The position numbers and the translations under genes are program-made. Below the pieces are notes generated by a model. That model did no database searches. It was not told where the DNA came from and saw only the letters and a program-made list of their open reading frames with translations. From Massalongia carnosa (Eukaryota), in NCBI GenBank assembly GCA_965645245.1, contig OZ287068.1, forward strand, positions 496,001 through 560,000: DNA of 64,000 bases, written 5' to 3'. This document shows, piece after piece, positions 34,360-47,941 of the stretch (the first letter of the stretch is position 1; each line of letters opens with the position of its first letter).

Positions 34360-37300
34360 TACCTGTGCGTGCCATGTGTGATGTTTTGGGCTTTATTAGA
34401 AGCCCTTTAGTTGCTACAACCCGCTGCTTTCGTTGTGTCTTTGATTGCTTTACCTCCGGATGAGTTGATTCGTATTCTTCTACCAGTGTTAAGCAGTCTC
34501 CTAAGGCTGCGATGCTTCTCCATTCATCGTACTCTGGTCCGTACCCCAGCCATCGTACGAGGTATTGAGTTACTGTGGTCTTCCCATATTTTCGGAGCCG
34601 TTTGGCTATTATCTTCTCCACTTCGTAGGATTTATTGTCAATTGTGTCGCCTAGCATCTCCACTGATTCTGGATGAGTGGGTCTATAACGATCATACGGG
34701 TCCTTTGTGGTGTCTGCAGGCTCAAGCTGGGCAATGGATACGACGGGATGTACCCTCCATTTAGGAGGTAGCTCTAGTTCGTACGCCAGGCGCCCTACCC
34801 TTTTCTTAATGAGAAAGGGTCCAGTTCGCTGACTGCTCAGCTTCTTATTAGGTTTGCCCGGTAATTGATACCCATTGTGAAGGCGTAAATACGCATAGTC
34901 CCATTCCTTCAATAACAAAGGCTTGTGTCTTGCATCGTAATAGATCTTTGCTTTTGCATTGGCAAAAGATGTGGCGTCTGCGGCCTCTTGTGCATACTCG
35001 AGTCTTTTTTCGGCTGTGTTTAGCTCTTTATCGGGAGCCAGTGTTGACAATATTTCTTTCACTTTGAATCCGTACATTATTTCATTGGGAGATAGTCCTG
35101 TGGATGACGTGGGAGAATTGTTCAGACTTGCTTGTAAAGCTGGAAGCGCTTTCACTACACTTATATCGGGATTCTCGGTGATCAGGTATCGAAGCGCTAT
35201 CTCCACGGTTTGATTTGTTCTTTCGGATAAACCGTCCGTCTGTGGATGATATGCTGTACTTGTCAATAGACTGGTACCCAATCTTTTGAATAGGCCCTTC
35301 CAGAATTCTGAAAGAAACTTGGGGTCTCTATCCGAGATTATAACCTCTGGTATCCCCCAATCGGCTATCAATAGGAGCTCTAATACTAATTCGGCCCATT
35401 CGTCCGCGGAATGTGTTGATTTACCAGCGATAAGCGATTTTCTCCTGGTCGCTTTGTCTGAGATTGTGAGAACTACATCTAGGTCACCGGGGATTGCGAG
35501 TATGAAATCCATAGCAATTGTTCGGAATGGTATTGTTGAAGTAGAAATTGGCATCAATTCGCCGTATGGGGGATGTCTTTTGGTCTGAATTGGCTGACAT
35601 GCAGGGCAGTGTTTAATGTAGAGATGAAGTTTGCGAGATAGTCTTGGCATGTAGATGCTCTCAACGAAACGGCGATAAGCTTTATGATGGCCGGCGTGAA
35701 AGTTCTGATCGTGGGCCAGTTGAAATACTTCCTTTTCGCAATTTTGAGGAATGCACAGCCTGCTGCTGTTGCTGGTGGCGTTACTGCCCTCGTGTTTGTG
35801 ATATATGAGACCGTGTGCGAGCACGAAGTCCACGCCCGTTTTCACCGCATTATCATCGGAATTGCTACTTTGTGTAGTTACTTCTTTCATCTTACGCTTC
35901 TCCAGACCCTCTAACATTCCCAATATTTTGCACCACGATTTGTCCTTAATATAACCCGTTGCGAGTTTTTTCTTGAACTCTGTGGATAGTGTTATCAAGG
36001 CTTGACTGTGGGCGTACACTCGATCTGATTCTGGGATTCTACGGAGGTTTAATAGGATTCCAGATTAATTGTCTTTGGTGTACTTCGGTTAGCGACGGGC
36101 AATCGGCTCAGTGCGTCTGGGACTATATGAGCTTTGCCGGGTTTGTACCGTATGTCTAACCTGAACTGAGATAGATATGTGGATGCTTTGACGAGATTGA
36201 GGTTGAGCTTGTCGATGCTACTTGTAGACAACTTGGTCTGTTTAGCAATTGCTGTATTTGCCTCATGATCGGTATAAATAGTAGTTGAATGTCTCGATCC
36301 TTGAATCATATGATGAATTCTCTTTACCATCCATACTAGCCCATTCATCTCTAACTCAGTGGGCCAGTATCTTGATTCCGCGGCCGAAAGAGTTTTGCTG
36401 AGAAACAGGATGGGGTCTACGTCTTGTCTTTTCGGAGGTAGTGCGGGTATTGATACTCCGTCATCACCTCTATCGCTTTTTAAATGATATACCATAACTC
36501 CTACTCCTTGCTTGGAGGTATCTACGTCGGCGTACAGTCTTCGTGTTGTGGAAAAATGAGTGAGCAAGCTAGGCTTGCTGAATGCTTCTTGTAATTGAGA
36601 GTAGGCGTCCAGCTCTGCATCGGATGGGTCTGCGATAAGGGTTCGAAGGCTATAGTTCTTCCTAGCTTTACCCTTGTTGGAAGGAGAGTCTCTAAGAAGC
36701 ATGGTCTTCCGAATTTGCAACGGTTCCGCCTTTTGTGCGTAGTATGGTACATAATCGCGAAGCCATCCGGTGAATCCAAGATATCGCTCGAGATCTTTGA
36801 GCCTTTCTGGGAAACTCATGCCTGCTATTGCGGATAGCTTTTCGGCTGCGGTTGTGAGGGCAAGACTATCCACCTTCTGTCCTAGAAGTGTGATGGTAGG
36901 GTATCCGAGGTACGTCTTAGAAGGCTTGATTGCCAGATTGATTTTGCTGAATAGTTCGAAAATCTGATTGAGATGGCGAATATGCTCTTCCAAAGAGTGG
37001 CTGAATATGACTATATCATCTACGTATGCCCTGGCAAAAGCTCAATATGGCCTGAGAATCCCGTCGATTTGACGTTGCGCATAGGCCGGGCTGTTTCTGT
37101 ATCCCATTACTGCCACGTTCCATTGTTCTGATCCTCTATGAGATACTACTGTGAGTTTGTGGCGGTCCGATTTTTTTACTGGCCACTGATGGAAGAAACC
37201 TGCCCCGTCCATGACGCTGATGTAGGTGTAGCCCTGAATAGCGGAGGTAACATCCGCCTGTCAAAGCATTGGGTAAGCATCGAATTCGGATAACTTATTG

Positions 37301-40300
37301 AGCCCTCGAATATCTATGACGACGCGGCCCTTCCTTTCTGGAATCTTCCCTGGGAGATGAATTGTTCGCCATACCACGAATACTGGGTTTGCGAATGGTG
37401 TGGGTTTGGTTGTCCATTCCATCTTGCCACTCTTGTGCATCGCATCGAATTCTTTGTCAACTACCGCTCTATCCTCTGGTCCCAAGCGAAAGACTCTGGC
37501 TGGCATGGGCTTTGCGTCATTTACTGTTTTTATTTCCATCCAGTCCTTTTCTGGGATATTCACAACACCTCCTTTGTCCCTCCATATATCGTGATAGGCC
37601 TTTGCCACTGCAGAAAGCCTATTGTATGTCGAAGAATCGCCGTATATGGTTATTCCGTTGTCTGTTACCCTTTCGTCGATTTCACTGTTTCGTCGGATGA
37701 TGAAATAGAGACCGGTGTAAATGAAGTAGTAGACGATGAACATGTCGATAATGGCGTGAATGAAAGTGGAAGGATGAAGAAGAGACGCCTGCTGGCAGTA
37801 AGGAACGCAATGCACAATCGAGAAATTGATCCTAGCTTCAGCAAGTTCGATGTCCCAACAAAAAGAAGACGGGTACGACGACAACCAAAAAAAGATGAGG
37901 TCCAGCAAAGACGAGTTATGAAAAGTCTTATTCGTCTACCTCGATGCTCAGAGACTTCTTCGGAATAACAAATAAAGAAGGGTTATTTGGCACGTTGAAA
38001 GGACATGTGTCATATATATTATCGTAAGTGTGGATGAGGAACGCTATAATGCGGTGATCTTCAATGTGGCTTGAAGTTACTAAACCTGGCATGGACTAAG
38101 TCCAGTGGTCCGCAAGGTCCTCCAACGAACTTGGACAATTGCTGAATCAGGAGCTGTAAAACATAAATATCTCCTGATCTAGGAGATGTATTCTGTCGCC
38201 AACCTCGTGAACTGATCGAAGTGACTGTGAGATATGAGCGGTGCATATTCCTTGAGTGCGGAACACTTCCGTATTTCATATCAGGATACTGTAAGATTCA
38301 ACGCTTAACGTTATCCCTTGTAGGAGTTGCGTGGCCTGTTTTCTCCCTCCCCTCACCCTAACTTGTCTCTTCTTCTCTCATCCTCTTTCTTCTCATACAA
38401 ATGGGGCTAAGCAAGGATTCCGACACTACACCTCGAGCGTAGCCCCTTTTCGCCTCCAAGTGTAAGGCTTTCAGCTTTTCTCAATTCCTTCACGGAGTGA
38501 TTATTCAGCTATTTTCGACCCGCCCCCTTATGGAGCGAATCTAGCCCTTTTTGACTTTATTCTCCTTAAGCACATAGTTCTTTTGATGTCTTTTATTATC
38601 CTGCTTTGTAATCTCGTTAAATCCATAAACACAACTCTGAAACATGTCTTTTGTGGATGAACGGATGAGAAAAGTGTTATGAACATATTTTATTAATTGC
38701 CTCAGCAGGACTCTCTTTCGCAGATTTTCGATGTTGATGGCCTGATCGCAAGGCTTTCAAGGTAGACGATGAATCTCTCCTCTTTTTGCAGATCGGATTA
38801 GTAATTTAAGTTGTGAAGTCTTCAAGGCATCGCTTTTTGTAGATGTCCTCCTCAGCACGTTTCGTACGTTCGTCACTTTCGATGACGTTGCCGGTTCTTT
38901 TGGTGTCCGTTTCAACGTCGCGTTTTTCATGTGTGAATTTTAACCTCATCATCTGGATACAACATAATAGTACAAAGTCTATGCATGAAGGATGCCGTTG
39001 GAGGAGCGCAATAGCACAAAACCCGAAACTCATAACCTGTTGATAAACAGCTGACGGCATAATGTTGAAATTACTATAGAGGTGTAGCAGTTATGGCAGC
39101 CTGCAGGGCTAAGCGAGTATTCCACCATATCATGGGGTCAACGCAAGCGTATCGCGTAGTTATTGTTGACATCGCTTGAGGATCATATACTCCATGTGGA
39201 GGTAGAGATTTGATGACAAAAGAGTCCCCAAAAGGGTTTGGTAAACGGTACGGAGTACGTAGGCTTGAAAAGGAAAGGCCAATCCATGGTGACGACCGCT
39301 CTGCTATCTCGGACTGTTCTGGGCGGGCCCATTACAACGTCTGGACCCTGAACCGATAGTCCGTATTTTGTGCATCTTCTTCTCATAGCGCATAAGATTG
39401 ATTCTGACAACAACCTCCTTGATTTGTCCGTATGAGAGCTAACGGTAATTTGGTACAGAGTATTTACCTATATGATATGTAAGCCTAATACTGCAAGAAC
39501 CGGCGGGGTCAAAGGCCCACCTACGTCATGTTAACCAAACATGCTTTCTTTCGCCCTTCGTATCAACTCGAGGCTTCCTGTAGCTGACGTCTCTTTTATC
39601 AGCTTCATGGTCTTCGCACTTTACCCACGGCATGGAATGGTTTCGTCCGGTCGAGTTATGCAGCAGTGTAGAATGAGGAAATGACAATTCAGTGCAGCGA
39701 TGATGCAGTGCGCACACATATTGCGCTCGGCCTGTACCTTTGAAACCATCGCGCCGAGAAGGGTCAATTGAAGCTCATGCACCTGTCCGGATTGCATCGT
39801 AATCTGAATCATATTGACCTGTCGAGTATGGCCGATTTGCCTCTGAACTTTTCAAGCCGTTCCGCAGCAGTATTACCAGTGCCCGGCCCAACTGCTCCAG
39901 ATTCATCTGTGCAATCGTCCTCTGGACTACGGAAGCCACTCCGCACACCTCTCCTGCACCATCGTAGGTTTTGGTCCAATGAACAAATGGCTAGGCATAG
40001 TATAGTGTAGCATGAAGCAAGAAATTGGAATCGCATAGTCTTCCCTTTCTGCATCACACAACCACTCTGCAAGAGATCGACGAATGATCATCCGGAATAA
40101 CAAAGCAAGAACCATTATACTAAACCTAATATCAATGGGGCGTCGAAGATGGGTAAATCCAATATCTTCAGAGTACTTTCATTTCTATACCAGTATTTTC
40201 TCGATTAGTTTACCGTTTTAATTTATTTTTCATATCGCCAAGATCAGCCTAGGTTATATTTTGGTCATGAATTTTTAAAGGATTCTCCCCAAGTTGAGCT

Positions 40301-40769
40301 AGAATCATATAGTCAACTGTTTTGGAATCTTTCGCTTTGCTTGTCAACGTGGCTGAAGTAACAGGCGTCGGATGCTCCCTGCCGTGTATGGACACGAATC
40401 CCGGAATAACTGGAGAAATGCGGTGGATAAGGGGAGCATTTTGTCGAACGGTCCAGTAGGAAGCAAAGGAATATCTTGTTTTACAGGAGTACCGAGATGT
40501 TTAGGTAGGCAACAAGGCCGGAGGCAGGGAGGAAGGGAGGCAGGACAACATAACTCGAAACGCTAGGAAGAAATTCAAACTTACGGATCTTACCGTATAG
40601 AACGGATTAGTGTGGGATCGACATCATCCTTGCACAGGGCTCAATCGCCTGGTCTAGAATCGAGAAAAACGGTCTCGGCCTGGAACTCTAGCAAACACTA
40701 GCGGAGCACTCCGTATCCGTACCATCTGTATCTGTACTTTCTACATATTCAACCTCCAAAAGAAAGAGG

Positions 40770-40819
40770 AAAAAAACAAAAACAAAAACAAAAACACAAA
40801 CACAAACACAAACACAAAC
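40770..40819. repeat. (CAAAAA)/(CACAAA)n microsatellite
   Basis: aaaaaacaaaaacaaaaacaaaaacacaaacacaaacacaaacacaaac. Confidence 0.85.
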
Positions 40820-41039
40820 GATTCTTACAATCTGCTAAATCTTCACTCCATATCATTGCCATCACTCTGGTCCAATCCCTTTGCCCTCGTCCCATCCCTC
40901 CTGACACCGAAACTTATTGTGAGGCACCGAGCTCCCAGCCCACTGTGGTTGTGTTATATGTTACCGGCGACTTCCGATAACCCGTTGAGCGCTGGCAACA
41001 TGCAATACCTGTTCAGCAAAAGGCTATGAATCAGACTCG

Positions 41040-42762
41040 ATGACGAACCAGGCCACGGCGGGGCTACGGCCAATGTTGTCGGAGCGGGATGTAATCCAGA
41101 CGAGCCTGGAATCGTCTCTGAAAGACCTGCAAAGTGGCCCACGAGACTCTCCATGCTCGGCGTCCCAGAAAAATCAGACAGTCTTAGATGAAGACTGGGA
41201 CTGCAGAGCTGAGTTTTCTATGAACAAGCGGCGCTCATTGGTCAAAACGGTGCGATGGCAAGACCACTTGTCAAATACTGCTAGCATTGCTGTAGAGGCC
41301 GCAAAAGTACTCGAAGCTCGGCCGTCACCAGTTTCACGTAACGTGAAAGCGCGTCAACATCTCCAGCTTCCGACTTTCAAATCGCTGGGTATAGCAGTAC
41401 CGCATCCTGACTTTTTACTCACGCCTCCCGACGAGGTTGACCTCATGTGGAGTACGTCTTTTCACGATCCTGCTATGACCACAAAGAATACACCAATACT
41501 GCGTCCGACGAGCGTTGCCTCAGAAGGCACAATACCTGATACACCTCATGTTCATGAGTTCATGTCCGACAGCAGTGCCAACACCCCATTGCCGTCTCAG
41601 GCACAAACACCAGGCGATGCCGGAACAGGCTCGGCTGATGCCAGTAACGAAAGGTCGGCGTGGCTCGAGCAAGCGATTGAGATTGCTAGTAAGCGTGGGT
41701 CTTTGGTGATACGCGATGGTCCCTAACCAGTGTTTAGCATCACAGATTATATCTGGTGACTCGCGTCAGAACGTCGTGAACGTACTTTGCCATTCGCAAC
41801 CATGCCCGCTATCTGATGAGGCCATCACCACGCCATCTGCTTTCGCCCCAATCATCACCGCCTTACAGGTAAGAGTTGAAGCGACACAAGGCTGCTACAT
41901 CGAAGTGACCCATGCGGTGCCCGTTAAATTCAACATGGCACGACTTCCAACAAGTCCAGCAGGAACCCCGAATCCAATGACCTGTGGACCCAGGGAGGTA
42001 GACTATTTCAACATGACGGTATTTGCCAAAGCTGTTGTGGCCGTGGATCACCATGATGCAAGCATAAGGTCCGTCCCATCATCGCCTCATCCAGTAGTCG
42101 CCCCCTCGAGCGTTGGCATATCCCTTCTGGAGCGATTCATCCCACCCACCACCCTTCAGGAATTCCTCGACCTCTTCACCCTTGATAGTCCCTCCGTCCT
42201 TGTTGACCGCCTCGTCGAGCTCAGTCCTAATAACGGCAATCTTATCTTCATCTATCCGACCGCCTACGGCGCCGCCACCTTCTCGGCCAATTACCTTGGT
42301 CCGCTTCTCGACCCTTTGCTGCGCACCCTGGTTGGAATCCACGAGCTGACGGCCGACATGGGCGCCAATGTAGGCAAAATGGCCGTGGTAGAACACATGA
42401 TTGCGTTTGAGAAGATGACGCAGAAGATCAACCTGCTGCTGCGACGCATGGACACATACCGCGGCCAGCGCGGTATCGGCGCCCCACCGAAGTACACACT
42501 GGTACATTCGAGCAAGCAGACTGTGCAGCTAAAGCGCAAGGCATGGACCGAGTGGTGGATTCATCAGGAAACACCCCGTGTTCGGGAGGTGATGAATCGG
42601 TATTTTCAACGCGCCGTGAGGCTACCGCAGAGCAAGGAGACTACGGCGGGGACTCTGCTGAGAGAGATTATGAGTGGGGTGGAGAACCGGGGGTATGCCG
42701 AGTATGATGCGAGGAGGGAAGGGATTGAGGTTGGGTTGTTTGTGATCAAGAGGACGGCTTGA
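41040..42762 (+). CDS. Hypothetical fungal protein, 2 exons
   Basis: ORFs 41040-41726 and 41716-42762 join in frame via intron 41689-41737 (GTAAGC..CTAAC..TAG). LTPP motif and conserved-looking C-terminus (ERFIPP, FIYPT, WWIHQE, GIEVGLFVIKRT). Confidence 0.8.
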
Positions 42763-43517
42763 GGAAGCGAGGGAGGGAAGGGAGGGAAGGGCGGGAAGGG
42801 AGATTATTGGAAGCCAAGAATTCATTGGGCAAGGGATTACCGAGGATAGTAAGCCGGTGCGAGGGGCGCTAGGAAGGTTTGAAAGCGAGAGCATTGTGCG
42901 ATGCGAGCTGAAGACAATGTTTTCTGCAATGAGGCCTACGATAACAAGGAAAATGAAGCCAAGAGCTAAAAATCTGATTCAGGAAAACGGATTTTTTTTC
43001 CCCCTCTTCTGGGGGGGGGGGTTTAATTAGGGAAGCACCCAATATAAATACCCAGTTGCTTTTTTTCTTCTTCTTCAATTCCAAAGGACATGAATACTGC
43101 GATAGTTAATGATGGGGGATGATGATATGTAAAAAGGCTGCGAATACCTCGATCGGTATTAAACTAGAGTTACAGAAGATGGGTGAAGAAGAACTAGTTG
43201 ACTTTGTTTCTTAATCTTCCTTCTTCTGTTTCTTTTCACTTTCGTGAACTCCAACAGGCGCTATTCTGCGTACATTCTACTCGGTCGAATGCTCCGCTCT
43301 CGTGAATTTCGATTTTGATTTTGATTTTGCTGCGGGATGGGAATTGAAAGTACCAATAGGGGAGAAAACGACATATTGGAAAAAAGAAAAAAAAAGGTAA
43401 AATCATCCGACGGCTTTATCAGCACAGCGAATCGCCCCAAATCTAATGCCCACCCTCCTCCCTTTTTATCACTCCACTTCCAATACCCTTCCCCCCCTTC
43501 TTTCCCCCCATCTCGAA

Positions 43518-44018
43518 CTAAAGAATCTGCACCCCCTTCTCCCCACCCGCCTTTTCCCCCTGCAGACGCCTCCACCCCCAAACCCCTATTCCCAAAAACA
43601 CCAGCGCGCCACCGCCCACCCAAGCAGCCGGCGGCACCGTCAGATTACCTTCGACTAGACAGGCGCCTACGCCTAGAACGTCGATCGCGTCGACCACTGC
43701 ACCGGTGACGAGCGCTTGCTGGAGCGCTGTGGCTGAAGTTGCCGCGTCGGGGGGGTGGGCCGTGGGGGACGAGGCGAGGCCGGATGTGGAGGGCTGGAAG
43801 GAAGGAGGTGGGGTGGTTTTGGAGGAGGAGGGGGGGGACGCGGACTAGAGAAGGGCGCCCAGGGCAAGGTCCCGTGCGCCGAAGAGGCGGATGATCATGG
43901 TTGAGGAGGCGGCGGTAGGGAGGAGGAATGTGCGCGTTGTGAGGTGCGGGAGGACGAGGAGGGAGAGACCGATGAGGGAACGGGCGAGGGCGAGGGTTTG
44001 GATGGGTAATGCCACCAT
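43518..44018 (-). pseudogene. Small multi-TM membrane protein (RLFGARDLALG motif) with an in-frame TAG at 43845-43847
   Basis: Frame continues past the stop: ...GALL*SAS...ALQQALVTGAVVDAIDVLGVGACLVEG...WVGGGALVFLGIGVWGWRRL...IL*. Confidence 0.65.
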
Positions 44019-45117
44019 TGGTATTATTTTTGGGGGGAGTTTGTTTTTTTTTGGCGTGGGAAGATTTTGTTGGTGGGCGAATAGGGGTGGCGATCGAAAA
44101 GAGGTGGATGGGGAGCACAGAGTCTTGGAAGTGAAGGGGAAATGGGACTGGAGTTTATATTCCGCATTCACACCGTAGGCAGCAATATTTGGGCCTTTCG
44201 CTGTGATAAACCTCGGCTTCTACGTAGAACGGAAAGATGCAAGGATCCGAAACTAAAATTTCCTATTTAGTAGTGAACCATGTCCAAATTCGCGCAACAG
44301 TATTTTTTTCCGATAATGACAAACGGCTTATGTTGGAGAAAGCAATTTCTTTTCTGGAACCAAACGAGCTCCTTGCTGGTGACATGATTCTGCCGTTCTG
44401 CCGAATACGTTAAGTTCAGGAATCTTGCTTTTATTCATCTCTTAAGGAATTAAATATTACCCAGAAAAAGTTTCCAGGATCGAGGTAGCTACAAAAGCAA
44501 GACCATATTTTTTTACAGCATAGGCCCACAAGTAGATGATGGCCCAAAGAAAGAGTCCAAGAAATGCAAAGGTGAACTCAAGCTCATAGTTCTCAAGAAA
44601 TGCATCCAAATCTATCATGACCCGGCTTCGGTTTAGTCTGAAATTGCTCCATTAGGTTTCCTCTATCCTGGTACTGGTTTATCCTATTTGAATTCTCGGC
44701 ATTGTTGTATCCTATTTTAAGTGTCTTCAAACATCGACCGCATTTTTCCAAGGCATTTCTAGTGGATTTGCTGATAAACTGTACCGGACATGTGTACTCG
44801 TTTGAGCTTCTCATCCCCAAATAAACCCAACAGAGTATATCGCCAATGTTTCTTGACAACCATTCCTGCTAATTCCACACATTGTTACTCGTCATTGACG
44901 GGGTGAGCAACTGTTTGATTCACGCCGGAGAGAACTTCGCTATACATTAGTCCTCCTGCATAATTGCGGATTCGTCTTCTTCGCAATTTTCTGAAGCTGA
45001 TCGTATTGCGATAGGGATTTCTGTTGATTTTGGAAGAGCTAGGCAGCTAACGCTGCTGGCAGAAAGAGACCGAAGAGGAATTGCTTCAACACCGGCGCTT
45101 TGACGAAGCCAGCCAAT

Positions 45118-46367
45118 TCAGCACTTTGCGGTGATATGTAATCGGCTCTCTAGAACCCTATCCGAGTGACTAGTACTTCTTTCTACAGTCGCTCCCTCTT
45201 CGGCAGGTTCCAGTAATTTCCATTGACATGAGATGTTCTGCCTCCTGAACCGTTCAGTGATGCTATCAGCTATCTCTTTGAAATTAGCAGTCGCAAGTGC
45301 TAACATGGTAGGGCCTGCCCCTGATAGGCATATCCCAAGTAGTCCAGGCTGCGTCGATGGATTCATAGATTGCAAGATCTCTGTTAGACCAGGGATAAGG
45401 TTTTGTCGATAGGGCTGATGAAGTTTATCCTGCATTGCTAGATATATCATATCCGGATCTGGTGGGGATTGGCCGAGAGCAGATGGAAGTAAAGCAGCGC
45501 GCTGTAGGTTGAAGATCTAGATAATATTAGTAAGTTGGAGATATGCACTTTTGAACGAGCATATCTCACCACATCCGCTCTGGTGTAAGTCTTGGGCAAC
45601 ACATCTCGCGCAGTAGCAGTAAGTACTTGATAGTTAGGAATGATGACGATTGCCTTGATTTCTTTCGCCCATGCAAACTTCCTGTAATGACCAATACTTA
45701 TTGGTGGCTCCGGGGGCTTCAATCCAGTATCAATGCCCCCAGCCGGAGTAGGGAGAATTTCACTTAACGGTACCTCCTTCCGAGCCGCGTCCTCTGAGTT
45801 GAGCTCGTTCAGATAAGTACCCACAAACCCTCCATATAACGTTGCAGCAACGTTGTCCGGGTGACGCTCTATAAAGGCATGTTTAGTGAAAATGAGCATA
45901 TTATGAAATGCGTAACTATTCCGATTCTTACCTATCATTAAACAATAGTCCAGTATTCGTGCTCTAGTTAATCCTAGTTGTCCGAGTTCATTGCCAAGCA
46001 ATACTCCCGCCACGACCGCTGTCCCCGACGAGCCCAACCCTCTCCCGAGCGGTATCGAGTTTATGATTTCAATATGAGTTTCAACCGGAAAGGTATAGTG
46101 ATCATGGCATTTAAGTACATAAAGGGCGACGCGGGTGATCAGATTGACTTTAGGATCAAGACTGATATCTCCTGTTGTCCCGCTATGGTCTTCATAGGAG
46201 AGCACGCAATTTAACGGCTGCTTGGAGGATGTCTGAGGGTCGTGGATTCTAACACGTAGTTCGAGGTATATAGGAAGCGCGAGACCGATAACATCGAACC
46301 CAGGTCCAATATTTGCAGATGAACAGGGTGTTCTAATAGTGAAGGCCATACCTAGAGATTGAGGCAT
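45118..46367 (-). CDS. THR1: Homoserine kinase
   Basis: PCSSANIGPGFDVIG, IPLGRGLGSSG (GHMP), ERHPDNV, MQDKLHQPYR, CLSGAGPT. Introns 45869-45931 and 45517-45569. Confidence 0.95.
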
Positions 46368-47375
46368 AGTTGTGAATTGAGATATAATACGCAAGGAAAG
46401 AGTGAGCAAAGGAAGGAATGAAGTAGATTTTGCACTTTACTGTATGCTTTTTTTTTAAAACCTGGGGGTCCGTACTCCTAGAAGCAGAAAAAGAGAAATA
46501 TAATTGGGCTGCAGGCGAATTTTCTGCTTATACGATATTTCTTTTGATATCGTTGAAAACTAAGCTAATTATATCTGCTGTCATGCAAGAAGAGAACACA
46601 GGAGCGGCGATATTGGAGGCTGGAGTTAGTTTTTTGTGTTTGCATCAAAACAATAGGGTTTGGCGAGAATCTCACTGTAAGTCGACATTTTAACGTTTTA
46701 CATGTCATATCCAACAATCGGTTCCTTATATTGTTCATAAAGGTGATTTTCAAATGTCTTCTTCACATATATTATCTTAATACTTATGCAGAAATTCCGG
46801 TATATATAGATAGACAAAGTCCTCGGCGCATGTTTTGTGTCTCATTTATCAGTTAACTGACGATGTCTAAAATGCCTTCGTAATCTCATTGGCTCTCAGG
46901 GACTTCTTCGCCATGAATGAACAGTCAAACTGGCTCTGAAGAGATCTGAAGAACAAGATCATAAAGCAGGATAATTAGATATTTAACTTAAGGCAAGGGG
47001 TGAATCAAAGGATTTGACGAGTCAGTTTTGCTTAACTCGAATCGTGTAAGACAGCAAGGAACGACAACCCCCTCCCCCATCTCTTCATGACACAAACCAA
47101 GAATCACCACCTTGAAAATGCAGCTTAAGCAAAATAAGTAACAGTTTCAGCACTCGCATAATTTCCTCCCGTAAACGTCAACAACAGATCATAGAAACCC
47201 CAAAATCTATATTTCACGCATTTCAAAGGTGCTTCTTCTAGAGAAAGCATCACCCTCATACCTCACAGATTCATCTTCACATGAGGTGGGATGCACGAAT
47301 GCTCGAATATATACTATTGATTGTTGTCATCGATACCGAAGAGCTTTATGAGACCCTATTAGGTGCATCATATAT

Positions 47376-47941
47376 CTAAGAAGCAGATCCTGGAGGGCAT
47401 GCGCATGTCTTTCGATCGCGCGGTTCTCCATTGGGACATAGCGACTCGATGCAAAATACGGGTCCTTGTGGCAAGCAAGTACAAGTCTTCGGGTCCCATG
47501 ATTGTTCGACAGGGCAGGCTATCTGTGGGCAAGGTCCGGGCCTGGGTACTGGACAGGCACAAGTCTCTGGGTTCCGCGGTTGTCCATCGGGGCACAGCGA
47601 CTGTATGCAGATTGGAGGTTCTGGAGGGCAGGCACATGTCGTAAGATTTCGCGGTTGGCCAGCGGGACAAATGAACAGTGGGCATGGATGCTCTGTCGGA
47701 GGCGGGCAGCCGCAGGTCTTCGGGTTTCGTACTTGTCCGTCAGGGCATAATGATTGAATGCAAACTACTGCTTCTGGCTCCGTGGCGTTCCGAGCTTCTA
47801 AGGTGCGTTAACTCCATTCCCTTTTCAGTGGTTTTTCAAAGACTCACCCAACGAGTTTGGGTCAGCGCCCGCTGTAGGAGCTGCAAAAACAACACTAACG
47901 AACCAGATCGCTGCTACTACGCTCGCGCAGAATGTCTTCAT
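47376..47941 (-). CDS. Secreted cysteine-repeat protein (171 aa; 5 x C-x4-C-x10-C-x-C)
   Basis: Exons 47941-47848 and 47797-47376: MKTFCASVVAAIWFVSVVFAAP...LEAR...CIQSLCPDGQVRNPKTCGC..CPLFICPAGQPRNLTTCAC..CIQSLCPDGQPRNPETCAC..CPQIACPVEQSWDPKTCTC..CIESLCPNGEPRDRKTCAC. Confidence 0.85.

Larger units (their letters stand above)
32678..37710 (-). mobile_element. 5'-truncated Ty3/Gypsy chromovirus (RT-RNaseH-integrase-chromodomain), interrupted by a Tc1 element
   Basis: RVVIDIRGLN, AYVDD (~37015-37030), RNaseH DTS...HIVPDALSRL, integrase HAGHH..CPAC, ISDRDPKF, HPQTDGLSE, GPF, chromodomain YEVEKII..YLVRWLGYGPEYDEW. Internal stops; gag/protease and 5' LTR not found. Confidence 0.92.

Noticed and set aside
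38319..38430. Possible short solo LTR (TGTAG...CTACA)
   Set aside because: Only a 3-bp flank match and short; could be chance.
37710..40600. Short ORFs between the chromovirus and the 41040 gene
   Set aside because: No recognisable motifs or consistent splice model; probably intergenic or relic DNA.
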